A DNA stretch of 50,843 nt, taken from contig CAYOML010000005.1 in NCBI GenBank assembly GCA_964405095.1, forward strand, positions 1 through 50,843, in the 5' to 3' direction. The stretch comes from an uncultured Candidatus Saccharibacteria bacterium (GTDB lineage: Bacteria; Patescibacteriota; Saccharimonadia; Saccharimonadales; EFPC-124). The notes beneath the pieces are model-generated. The model ran no database searches and was not told the DNA's origin. It saw nothing but the letters and a program-made list of their open reading frames with translations. The translations under genes and the position numbers were made by a program. Below, piece by piece: positions 13,100 through 20,834 of this stretch (its first letter is position 1; the number at the start of each line of letters is the position of its first letter).

Positions 13100-13695
13100 T
13101 TTATTTAACGCTCACAGCGCAGTTTGGTGTAGCCGGGTTGGCACACGAGTTATGAACTGCAGAGTCAAATAAAAGTCAGTCACATTGTTGCCCAGTGTTT
13201 TTGTAATTTTCTTTTGCCCTCAGCCCAGCAATTGTGCGTACATACCAACTAACTTGACCATATGGAAATTAGCCATGCTATGGTCTGTGCCATTTTAGGC
13301 ACAGAATTCGCATTGGCTCATGGCATTGATAATGACAATAATAATCGTGAGTCGACACACGCTCCGTGCTTGGACTTGCCCATCCCTACACATAGTCCTC
13401 ACGTCTAAGCACGGCGCCATGATTCAGACATTAAACTTTGCCACGCGTTGCAGCAGCTATGGGATGGTCAGAGCCTTGAGCCTTGGTTCTGAAACTAAAT
13501 TGCTGATACTGTGTGTTGGGTGTAAGCGAATGTAAGTAAACACGATGGTCAAATGTTACAGCAACCTGAGCCGAGGCGCCTTAAGTCATACGTACCGGCA
13601 TCAAATCGGAGTCGATCGGGTCGCGAGTACTCGGTCGCGTTGACACGTATCGCCCCGGGTTATGATCGTCAGGCTGACTGTAGGCGGGCAATAAA
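13100..13695 (+). ncRNA. Candidate large multi-stem ncRNA (~480-600 nt), unknown family
   Basis: Nested long-range stems, G-U wobbles consistent with the + strand, possible pseudoknot; no credible ORF; promoter not identified. Confidence 0.45.
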
Positions 13696-13726
13696 AAATG
13701 TCAGTAATTTAATTAACCATTAGGAC

Positions 13727-13821
13727 TTTTCCACAGTTTTTGCACAATACAAAAAATAGCGTTGACAGGCAGGTGGTGGCACACTATTATAGGGGTAGCA
13801 CTTGAGTAAAAAAAGTGCTCA
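13727..13821 (+). promoter_or_regulatory. Two DnaA-box matches, sigma70 promoter and CIRCE-like inverted repeat
   Basis: TTTTCCACA (13727-13735) and TTTTGCACA (13738-13746) match TTWTNCACA; TTGACA-17-TATTAT (13762-13790); GTAGCACTT-N9-AAGTGCTCA (13795-13821). Confidence 0.65.
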
Positions 13822-13841
13822 AAAACAAAAAAGAAAACATG

Positions 13842-13874
13842 AACAACGGCTTCTCGCAGGCCGTTGTTTTTATT
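13842..13874 (+). terminator. Intrinsic terminator
   Basis: AACAACGGC-loop-GCCGTTGTT followed by TTTATT. Confidence 0.7.
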
Positions 13875-13894
13875 GGCTGATATGTAAAATTGGG

Positions 13895-14087
13895 ACTGGT
13901 CTTGGCAAACGACCCATAAAGTCAGGGTGTGATTTCCTGCTCTTCACGCCACGGCGGATTCACGACGAGAAGCATTTGGAGTCTGCTGGCGGAAGTAAAA
14001 TTGGTGCAAGCTGGAATTACGACTAGGTCGCTAGCGCGACATGTTTCTAGCTGCCCGTCGATCGTAAAATCACCCTCGCCTGCCAGT
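13895..14087 (+). ncRNA. Candidate structured ncRNA (~190 nt)
   Basis: Closing stems plus two internal hairpins with + strand G-U pairs; TAAAAT at 13885-13890. Confidence 0.4.
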
Positions 14088-14140
14088 ACATAGTAAAAAC
14101 CTGAGTGGGATGCTGGGCATAGGAAAAAATATATAATGCT

Positions 14141-14986
14141 CTAGATTCCATAGCCAGCTCGTAAGGCCTCAACTAGCAGTGTTTTGACCGAACTCCTAGG
14201 TCTGTACCGACGATTCCCCACCAGTAGCGGCAGCGACTCTTGTCCGCTCAACCGTCTTTGTAACAGTTCAATACTTGACCTTGGTATTGTGCCGCTGGCC
14301 CGTTGAGACGTGAATTTGGCGGCTAACATTGATAGCTTGCAAACTGTTTCAGCCAGCACCTCGGGTCTATGCCGGCTGTCCATAACATAGTCCGTCGGCA
14401 CCCACGTCTTAGATAATTCTCCAAAGGGAGCAACCTTTATGCCAAGTTGACTTACCAAATATTCCAGGCCCCAACCATGGTGGTAGGTCGGACGAAAAAC
14501 TAGTCTAACTTGAGGTATGACCTCGATCTTGCCAGGGACGACAGCCTCGTAGACTTCCCGATGGCCACGTATATAGTCTAGTTGCTGCTTGAAAGTGGGC
14601 AATTGCTCTATCAATTCCCATTCAGGTATAAAAGGGTCGGTTTCGATACAGTCATGCTTAGTATCCCCCATTACACTATTACCGCCGGATAGATGCATCT
14701 CATCACGCGATGTATAGGCGATGAGGTGCTGTAAACCAGTGGGTACTAAGTCACCATCAAACTCGTCGTCACCTGGAAATAGCACGTATTCCTTGTCCCA
14801 TTCCTGACCAAATGTTTCGACAACCCAATGAGCAATATTCGTTGCAAAGCTATTGGTTGATTCGATCGACTCGTGCCGAAAATCCCATTCATCAACTAAT
14901 TTGCCAGCAAATGCTAATACTTCTTGGATTGGTACCTCTGGGTTGTTAGTGGTCTCGTGGTTATCTGGGCGGGTCGGGTCTGCCAT
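14141..14986 (-). CDS. Hypothetical protein (no recognised family)
   Basis: Long ORF; ATG (MADPTRPD) chosen over the upstream alternative start; lies just downstream of the tmRNA 3' end. Confidence 0.75.
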   Translation of the reverse strand: MADPTRPDNHETTNNPEVPIQEVLAFAGKLVDEWDFRHESIESTNSFATNIAHWVVETFGQEWDKEYVLFPGDDEFDGDLVPTGLQHLIAYTSRDEMHLSGGNSVMGDTKHDCIETDPFIPEWELIEQLPTFKQQLDYIRGHREVYEAVVPGKIEVIPQVRLVFRPTYHHGWGLEYLVSQLGIKVAPFGELSKTWVPTDYVMDSRHRPEVLAETVCKLSMLAAKFTSQRASGTIPRSSIELLQRRLSGQESLPLLVGNRRYRPRSSVKTLLVEALRAGYGI

Positions 14987-15104
14987 AGACCCATTTAGGC
15001 AAAATACCTGGAGAAGGGCAAGCATGAGCAGAAATGTTTCAGATCAAGAAGTTAGCATGAAACTGTAGGGAATGCCCACTCGAGTGCAATACTCTACGAA
15101 CCAT

Positions 15105-15151
15105 ACCAAAATAAATAGCCCAACCTTTAGGGTTGGGCTATTTATTTTGGT
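15105..15151 (-). terminator. tmRNA terminator hairpin
   Basis: ACCAAAATAAATAGCCCAACC-loop-GGTTGGGCTATTTATTTTGGT, a 21-bp inverted repeat. Confidence 0.85.
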
Positions 15152-15542
15152 GGAGCTGCGGGGTATCGCACCCCGGTCCGCATGGTTATAACCTATTCCT
15201 CTACAAGCTTAGTACGTTTAGGTTGCTTTTCGGTTACAAGAAACGTACAAACGCCGAAAAGTTTGGCGAAAAGTCTTAAGTATGAGCCCTCGCCGGGAGC
15301 CAATACTCCAGCCAGCTATATGACACCCCTCTGCCCCGACTGGCGCGAAGCAGGGAATGGTTACCCTAAAATTAGGCAACAGTCGCGGTTACGAACTGTG
15401 GGACTACAAAAGCAGTCTTCACAGTGTCGATCACGCGGCTAACAAAAGATTTGACACTTATTGTGCTTGCTACTGTGACGGCGTAGCGGCCGACTTGCCA
15501 AGCAGATTATAAAGGTCCACACGTCGAAGCTAATTCAGCCCC
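15148..15542 (-). ncRNA. ssrA: tmRNA
   Basis: 5' GGGGCTGAATTAGCTTCGAC; 3' T-arm and CAGCTCCACCA with G3-U70; internal tag ORF ending in Ala-stop; TGGTATAAT promoter upstream. Confidence 0.96.
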
Positions 15543-15604
15543 ACGTAAGGAGTTATTATACCACGCTTGAGCTTTTAGGGAAAGGCTGGCATAATGGGCG
15601 CGCT

Positions 15605-17128
15605 ATGATCGCAAGGGTATACTCAGCAACAGTTGTTGGCTTCAAGGGAGAACGCATTGAAGTAGAGTGCGATGCTTCACAAGGTCTACCAAGCATGATA
15701 ATTGTTGGTCTCGGTAATAAGTCTATAGATGAGGCCAAGGAACGTGTCCGGAGTTCAATTAAAAACTCGCGCCTCGATTTCCCCCGTAAACGCGTCACAA
15801 TAAACCTGGCACCGGCTAATTTGCCCAAGGACGGTGCGCACTTTGACCTCCCTATAGCCATCGCGCTACTAACCGTTAGTGGCCAACTTGAGCAGACATC
15901 GGTGGATGATACGCTTATCGTTGGTGAACTAGCTCTTGATGGGTCTCTACGCCCAGTACGCGGCATTATCAATTGTGCCGAGACAGCTCGCAATTCTGGC
16001 ATGAGAGCCATTATCGTGCCTCGCGCCAATACCGACCAAGCTCTTCTTGTCGAAGGTATCACCGTATTACCAGCAGACACACTAAAAGATGTATACCTGC
16101 ACCTAAAAGGTGAATCGCCACTCATACCAGCTAAACCGGTTCCGCGCCCTATACAAAATAAATCTGATAGCAAAGTCAGTTTGGACGACATAAAAGGACA
16201 GGAACAAGCAAAACGCGCGCTGATCATCGCCGCTGCCGGTCACCACAATATCCTATTGAGTGGTCCGCCCGGTGCTGGTAAAACCATGTTGGCCAAAGCT
16301 TTGGTTTCTATTCTTCCCCCGCTCTCGCTATCTGAGATTATTGAGACAACTAAGTTACATAGTATTGCTGGCGAAACTTGGCAAGAAGTGATAACCAGAC
16401 GCCCGTTTCGTTCGCCGCACCATAGCACAAGTCATGTAGCGCTGGTTGGTGGTGGCCAAAGCCCGCGGCCAGGCGAGATCAGCCTTGCCCACCGCGGCGT
16501 ACTATTTTTAGATGAGTTACCAGAATACAGCCGTCAGGCACTCGAGTCTTTGCGCCAACCGCTCGAGGACAGACTCGTACATATTGCCAGAGCTAAAGAG
16601 CACGTCAGTTATCCGGCAGACTTTATGCTGGTTGCAACTCAGAACCCATGCCCCTGCGGATATGCCGGCGACCAACAAAAAATCTGTGAATGTTCAAGCC
16701 TACAGATACTTAATTATCGAAAAAAGATATCTGGGCCACTTATGGATCGGATTGACATGGTTATCGAGGTATCTCGGGTCGAGACCAACAAACTCCTTGA
16801 TAACTCCGAAGCCAATGATACCCGTGCAGCCTATAAAGCAATTCTGGCGGCTCGTAACAGGCAGTACCAACGTTTTGGTAACAGACAAAGTACCAATGCA
16901 CATCTAAGCGGCAAGCAAATTGCCAGTCTAGCCCGCTTTGACACCACGGCCCAGCAGCTTATTAACAGCGCAGCACAAGCCCTCAGCCTCTCCGCCCGAG
17001 GTTACTTTAAGGTTATTAAAGTTGCACGTACAATTGCCGACTTAGAAAACTCCGACAGCATATTACCAACCCATATTGCCGAGGCGCTGCAGTATCGGCC
17101 ACGAGCCGAAAATGCTGTTAGTGGTTGA
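15605..17128 (+). CDS. comM: YifB/ComM family Mg-chelatase-like AAA+ ATPase
   Basis: INLAPANLPKDGAHFDLPIA, GPPGAGKT, RPFRSPHH, GEISLAHRGVLFLDE, NPCPCG. Confidence 0.95.
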   Translation: MIARVYSATVVGFKGERIEVECDASQGLPSMIIVGLGNKSIDEAKERVRSSIKNSRLDFPRKRVTINLAPANLPKDGAHFDLPIAIALLTVSGQLEQTSVDDTLIVGELALDGSLRPVRGIINCAETARNSGMRAIIVPRANTDQALLVEGITVLPADTLKDVYLHLKGESPLIPAKPVPRPIQNKSDSKVSLDDIKGQEQAKRALIIAAAGHHNILLSGPPGAGKTMLAKALVSILPPLSLSEIIETTKLHSIAGETWQEVITRRPFRSPHHSTSHVALVGGGQSPRPGEISLAHRGVLFLDELPEYSRQALESLRQPLEDRLVHIARAKEHVSYPADFMLVATQNPCPCGYAGDQQKICECSSLQILNYRKKISGPLMDRIDMVIEVSRVETNKLLDNSEANDTRAAYKAILAARNRQYQRFGNRQSTNAHLSGKQIASLARFDTTAQQLINSAAQALSLSARGYFKVIKVARTIADLENSDSILPTHIAEALQYRPRAENAVSG

Positions 17129-17195
17129 AATCAAGGCTGACCTCTGCTACAATCGTCCAACGAAGAGACAATAAGCAAGGTAAGGAGCAGACTCT

Positions 17196-17753
17196 ATTAG
17201 TAAATCGGTGCGAACCAACGAAGCGATCACCGCTTCTGAGCTTCGCGTAATCGGCCCAGACGGGAACCAGATAGGTATTCTGTCGCGGGCGGAAGCACTT
17301 TTAGAAGCAGAACGAGCTGGTCTGGATCTTATAGAAGTATCACCACAAGCTACCCCGCCAGTGGCGCGGATAGTTGACTGGGGCAAATACCTTTATCAAA
17401 AGACTAAGGAACAGCAACGCAGCCGCAAGAACAACAAGACGTTAGATGTTAAACAGATGCGTCTTGGGCTAAAAATCGGCGCGCATGATCTAGACATTAA
17501 ACTGCGCAAGATCCGCGAGTTCTTAGAAGAAGGACACAGAGTTAAAATCATGGTTTTCTTCAGAGGCCGTGAAATGGCTCACCAGGAATTAGGCTACGAA
17601 CTGCTCAAAAGAATCACCGAAAAACTGCAAGATGTTGCTACTGTCGAACAAAACCCAATACTAGCCGGTAAGAATTTAGGAATCGTCGTAAGGAGTACCG
17701 CCAATGCCAAAGCTCAAAACACATCGAGGCACAGCGAAACGGATCAAGGTTAG
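17196..17753 (+). CDS. infC: Translation initiation factor IF-3 (AUU start)
   Basis: NEAI, DLIEVSP..PPVARIVDWGKYLY, FRGREMAH; in-frame ATT at 17196 behind SD AAGGAG. Confidence 0.95.
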   Translation: MSKSVRTNEAITASELRVIGPDGNQIGILSRAEALLEAERAGLDLIEVSPQATPPVARIVDWGKYLYQKTKEQQRSRKNNKTLDVKQMRLGLKIGAHDLDIKLRKIREFLEEGHRVKIMVFFRGREMAHQELGYELLKRITEKLQDVATVEQNPILAGKNLGIVVRSTANAKAQNTSRHSETDQG

Positions 17754-17904
17754 CCCAACTGGCAAATTAATGCGCGAGCAAGCTAACCACATTCACTTTA
17801 ATGAAAAGAAGGGTGAGGCTCGCAAGCGCCGCACAGCTTCGAAGACGAGTGTAACAGGCGCAAATGGCCGTAATCTTAAGCGCGCCCTAGGAGCATTAAA
17901 GTAA
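17704..17904 (+). CDS. rpmI: 50S ribosomal protein L35
   Basis: [15 protein letters not shown]; position in infC-rpmI-rplT. Confidence 0.97.
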   Translation: MPKLKTHRGTAKRIKVSPTGKLMREQANHIHFNEKKGEARKRRTASKTSVTGANGRNLKRALGALK

Positions 17905-18248
17905 TGAGAGTCAAAAGAGGCGTCGCCGCACGCAACAAACACAAGAAAATTTTAGGTCAAGCAGCTGGTATGCAAGCGGCCCGCCGCCGATCTTTCCGGT
18001 TAGCTAAACAGGCAGTGATTCGCGCGTTGCAATACGCTTATCGAGACCGTCGTAACAAAAAACGCGATTTACGTGGCACTTGGATAACTCGCGTCAATGC
18101 TGCTGCCCGCGAGAATGGTGTAACTTACGCCCAGCTTATCAACAACATGAAGAAAAGCGATATTGAACTCGACCGTAAGGTGTTATCTGAACTCGCCGCA
18201 ACCGAACCGGCAGCCTTTGCAGAAGTTGTAAAAGCCGCAACCAAATAG
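17904..18248 (+). CDS. rplT: 50S ribosomal protein L20
   Basis: [38 protein letters not shown]. Confidence 0.98.
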   Translation: MRVKRGVAARNKHKKILGQAAGMQAARRRSFRLAKQAVIRALQYAYRDRRNKKRDLRGTWITRVNAAARENGVTYAQLINNMKKSDIELDRKVLSELAATEPAAFAEVVKAATK

Positions 18249-18262
18249 GCCAAATACATCCA

Positions 18263-18303
18263 ACTAAAAATACCGCCTCCTAAACGAGAGCGGTATTTTT
18301 AGT
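18263..18303. terminator. Bidirectional terminator between rplT and rnpB
   Basis: ACTAAAAATACCGC...GCGGTATTTTTAGT inverted repeat. Confidence 0.85.
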
Positions 18304-18304
18304 A

Positions 18305-18639
18305 TCAGACTACCTGTAAGCCGGGTTCTGTCGGGGATGACCATCTATCTAGTCTCGCGGTTGCTCGCGAGATCAAGCGGATTTTGTCGACTGGCGTAGC
18401 GGAACCACTCTTATAGCCAATCTCCTTGCAGCAGACAGGGTTTACCTTCTTGCCATGTCACCATGACACGCTGTGGGCTCTTACCCCACTCCTTTCACCC
18501 TTACCTACTTTTGGTAGGCGGTATCGTTTCTGTGGCACTTTCCCTGGGGTTACCCCCGGTTGCAGTTAGCAACTGTCTTGTCCTATGCTGCCCGGACTTT
18601 CCTCTTAGCTTATCGCCAAGCGGCCATCCAGTAGTCTGA
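18305..18639 (-). ncRNA. rnpB: RNase P RNA (type A)
   Basis: GAGGAAAGTCCGGGC, AGTGCCACAGAAAC, GGTAAACCC, ACAGAACCCGGCTTA; P1 TCAGACTAC/GTAGTCTGA. Confidence 0.97.
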
Positions 18640-18682
18640 CAAACTAAATTATAAACATTTTAGGCCGAAAATACAAATACAC

Positions 18683-19555
18683 TTATGCTCCTGAGTGCTG
18701 GTCAAGTATCTTATTGACCATAGCATCGGCTTCCTTGTTAAATTCACGGCGTACGTGCATAAAGGTGACTTTCTCGAATTTGCCCACTAACTCTTTGATA
18801 CTGACATGAATTGGCCAAAGATCGCGATTGCGAATCTGGTAGGTTCCATTCAGCTGGTTGACTACAAGTTGGCTATCTAGCCGGAAACTTATGCGGCGAG
18901 GTCTGAGTTCTACAGCTTTCTCGAGCGCAAGTTTGACAGCATGGTACTCTGCCTGGTTATTGGTTGTGATACCCATGTATTTGCCACCTTCAAAGATCAA
19001 TCTTTCCTCGGCATCCAGTATGACGAAGCCAGAGGCTGAGGGCCCCGGGTTACCCCGTGATCCACCGTCTGCATAAATGATTAATTCTTCATTCTTAGTT
19101 GTATTGTTAACTACAGTCTTGATGATACCAGGTATGTTTCCGTCCTGCATGTGTTCGCCTGTCTCTAGTTGTAGTGCCAATCTTGTTGTTTCTGTTACTT
19201 CATTCAGTTGAATATCGGCTAACTTTTTCCAGGCATATTTGTCATGATCCGAGCTTATTTCGATATTCGTCTCCGCCCGCAGCGCGACAAGGAACACTAA
19301 TACGATATATTGATGTTTAACATCACTAACATCTAACTCTGAATGGACATCAAACAGTTGGAGTGTTTCAATCTCACGACCAGTCTCTTCGGCAATTTCG
19401 CGTTGCAAAGAGGCGCGCGGATCCTCGCCAAAATCAACCTTTCCGCCCGGCAATTCAAACAAGCCTATATATTGGGGACTGCCTGTGGCACGACGTAAAA
19501 GTAAAACCTTATTGTCTTGTTTAATAACGGCGCGGACTGTGAGGGTTTGTTTCAT
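18683..19555 (-). CDS. NUDIX hydrolase - RNase HI-like fusion protein
   Basis: Nudix box PGGKVDFGEDPRASLQREIAEETG; RNase H motifs YADGGSRGNPG, TNNQAEY, DSQLV, REFNKEAD; start moved downstream of tRNA-Pro. Confidence 0.9.
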   Translation of the reverse strand: MKQTLTVRAVIKQDNKVLLLRRATGSPQYIGLFELPGGKVDFGEDPRASLQREIAEETGREIETLQLFDVHSELDVSDVKHQYIVLVFLVALRAETNIEISSDHDKYAWKKLADIQLNEVTETTRLALQLETGEHMQDGNIPGIIKTVVNNTTKNEELIIYADGGSRGNPGPSASGFVILDAEERLIFEGGKYMGITTNNQAEYHAVKLALEKAVELRPRRISFRLDSQLVVNQLNGTYQIRNRDLWPIHVSIKELVGKFEKVTFMHVRREFNKEADAMVNKILDQHSGA

Positions 19556-19594
19556 TCTTTTAACTGTAATGCAAAATATGTAAAGATAATAGCT

Positions 19595-19670
19595 TGGTCG
19601 GGATGACAGGACTTGAACCTGCGGCCTCACGGCCCCCAGCCGTACGCGCTACCAACTGCGCCACATCCCG
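19595..19670 (-). tRNA. tRNA-Pro(GGG)
   Basis: CGGGATG...CTGGGGG anticodon loop...GGTTCAAGTCC...CATCCCGACCA. Confidence 0.96.
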
Positions 19671-19680
19671 GACAATAAAA

Positions 19681-19841
19681 GTCCTGCTTGGCCTAGGCAC
19701 GGACAAAGAGCTATTTCCCGCTAGTATGTGCAGGTGGCTGCCCGCAACATTACTCCACGGAGCAATTGTATATTGAGCTGCCCTAAAATACCTTTGTACA
19801 GGAAAATATATTCATCCGTGCTATGAAGGTACAAGCAGGAC
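19681..19841 (-). ncRNA. ssrS: Probable 6S RNA
   Basis: 161-nt rod: GTCCTGCTTG/CAAGCAGGAC closing stem, GCACGGA/TCCGTGC, central AU-rich bubble, GGGCAGCCACCTGC..GCGGG segment resembling Firmicute 6S; TATAAT 6 nt upstream. Confidence 0.75.
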
Positions 19842-19857
19842 ATCTTCATTATACCGC

Positions 19858-20496
19858 CTACAAAAATATTTGGCCACCACCGGTCAGTAGGCTAAACGAC
19901 CAGTTAAGTACTTGTACGAAGGGTTGTGTAAGAAAAGTGTAAAATAAAACGAAGAATAATATGATCGCCATAAACCCTAACGACTCAATCTGTTCCATCA
20001 CTCGCCTGACTCCGTCAGGGGCAATGGCATAAAGTAGCCTGGACCCATCGAGTGGCGGAAATGGGATCATATTAAAGATAAAGAACGATAAGTTCACCAA
20101 GATAAACAAGCCCAGTGCCAGGATTCCGAACTCCGGTAGTGAACCGCTGAAAAGCCGCAGGATGCCGCTAGCGAATACGGCTAATAACAAATTGGTGAGA
20201 GGTCCGGCAACGCCAACCAAGGCCGCACCGTACTCTCCGTATCGCAGTCGATAAGGGTTAAATGGTACTGGTTTAGCAGCGCCAAATGGTGGTGCACCGG
20301 CCATGACTAGTAGTAATGGCAGTATTACAGTTGTGAGTGGGTCGATATGCGCCAGGGGGTTGAAAGTTAGCCGGCCGTGATGCTTTGCGGTGTCGTCACC
20401 TAACCAGTAACTAACAAAGGCGTGCATCGCCTCATGAAGTGTCATAGACACCAATATACAAACCAGAACAATAACTAGAATCGTTATATCTACCAT
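19858..20496 (-). CDS. Site-2 protease (peptidase M50)
   Basis: HEAMH, GRLTFNP..HID, AGPLTN, FNMIPFPPLDG. Confidence 0.93.
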   Translation of the reverse strand: MVDITILVIVLVCILVSMTLHEAMHAFVSYWLGDDTAKHHGRLTFNPLAHIDPLTTVILPLLLVMAGAPPFGAAKPVPFNPYRLRYGEYGAALVGVAGPLTNLLLAVFASGILRLFSGSLPEFGILALGLFILVNLSFFIFNMIPFPPLDGSRLLYAIAPDGVRRVMEQIESLGFMAIILFFVLFYTFLTQPFVQVLNWSFSLLTGGGQIFL

Positions 20497-20576
20497 CCAC
20501 ACAAGTATATCAACTCTTGACTTGAACAGATACAATGAGGTAGAATAACCCCTTAGTAATTGAGAGCGTTATAGAT

Positions 20577-20780
20577 ATGGCCGCAACATGCGATTTAACC
20601 GGTAAAGGTAAACAGTTTGGTAACCACGTGAGTTTCTCTCAACGGCATGTTAAGCGTGTCTGGAAACCCAATCTACAGAAGAAAACCTTTGTTGTCGATG
20701 GCCAAAAGGTTACAATGAACCTTAGTACACAAGCTATCCGGACGCTCAAGAAAAAGGGTGTACTCACCAAAGCCACCTGA
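20577..20780 (+). CDS. rpmB: 50S ribosomal protein L28
   Basis: CDLTGK..GNHVSFS..KRVWKPNLQ. Confidence 0.96.
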   Translation: MAATCDLTGKGKQFGNHVSFSQRHVKRVWKPNLQKKTFVVDGQKVTMNLSTQAIRTLKKKGVLTKAT

Positions 20781-20800
20781 TAAACAATGAGTGTACTTTA

Positions 20801-20834
20801 AAACCCCGCAGCCTTTGCCGCGGGGTTTCTTTTT
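20801..20834. terminator. Bidirectional terminator
   Basis: AAACCCCGC...GCGGGGTTT plus T tract, between convergent genes. Confidence 0.8.

Noticed and set aside
13234-13670. Group II intron (GTGCG at 13234; GAGCCG...GTACCGGC near 13568-13599)
   Set aside because: The domain V-like segment does not pair properly in its upper stem, and there is no RT ORF or interrupted gene. A degenerate origin cannot be fully excluded.
13700-13750. Replication origin
   Set aside because: Only two DnaA-box matches, no dnaA/dnaN nearby, and gene strand bias does not switch across the site.
12636-14026. Short ORFs 12636-12848, 12729-12920, 13320-13535, 13802-14026
   Set aside because: No recognisable motifs or SD; they cross hairpins and terminators and look like chance frames.
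15182-15442. 86-aa ORF
   Set aside because: Antisense to tmRNA.
18683-19100. Retroelement or reverse transcriptase
   Set aside because: Only an RNase H domain is present; no YADD polymerase domain (YADGG is the RNase H motif).
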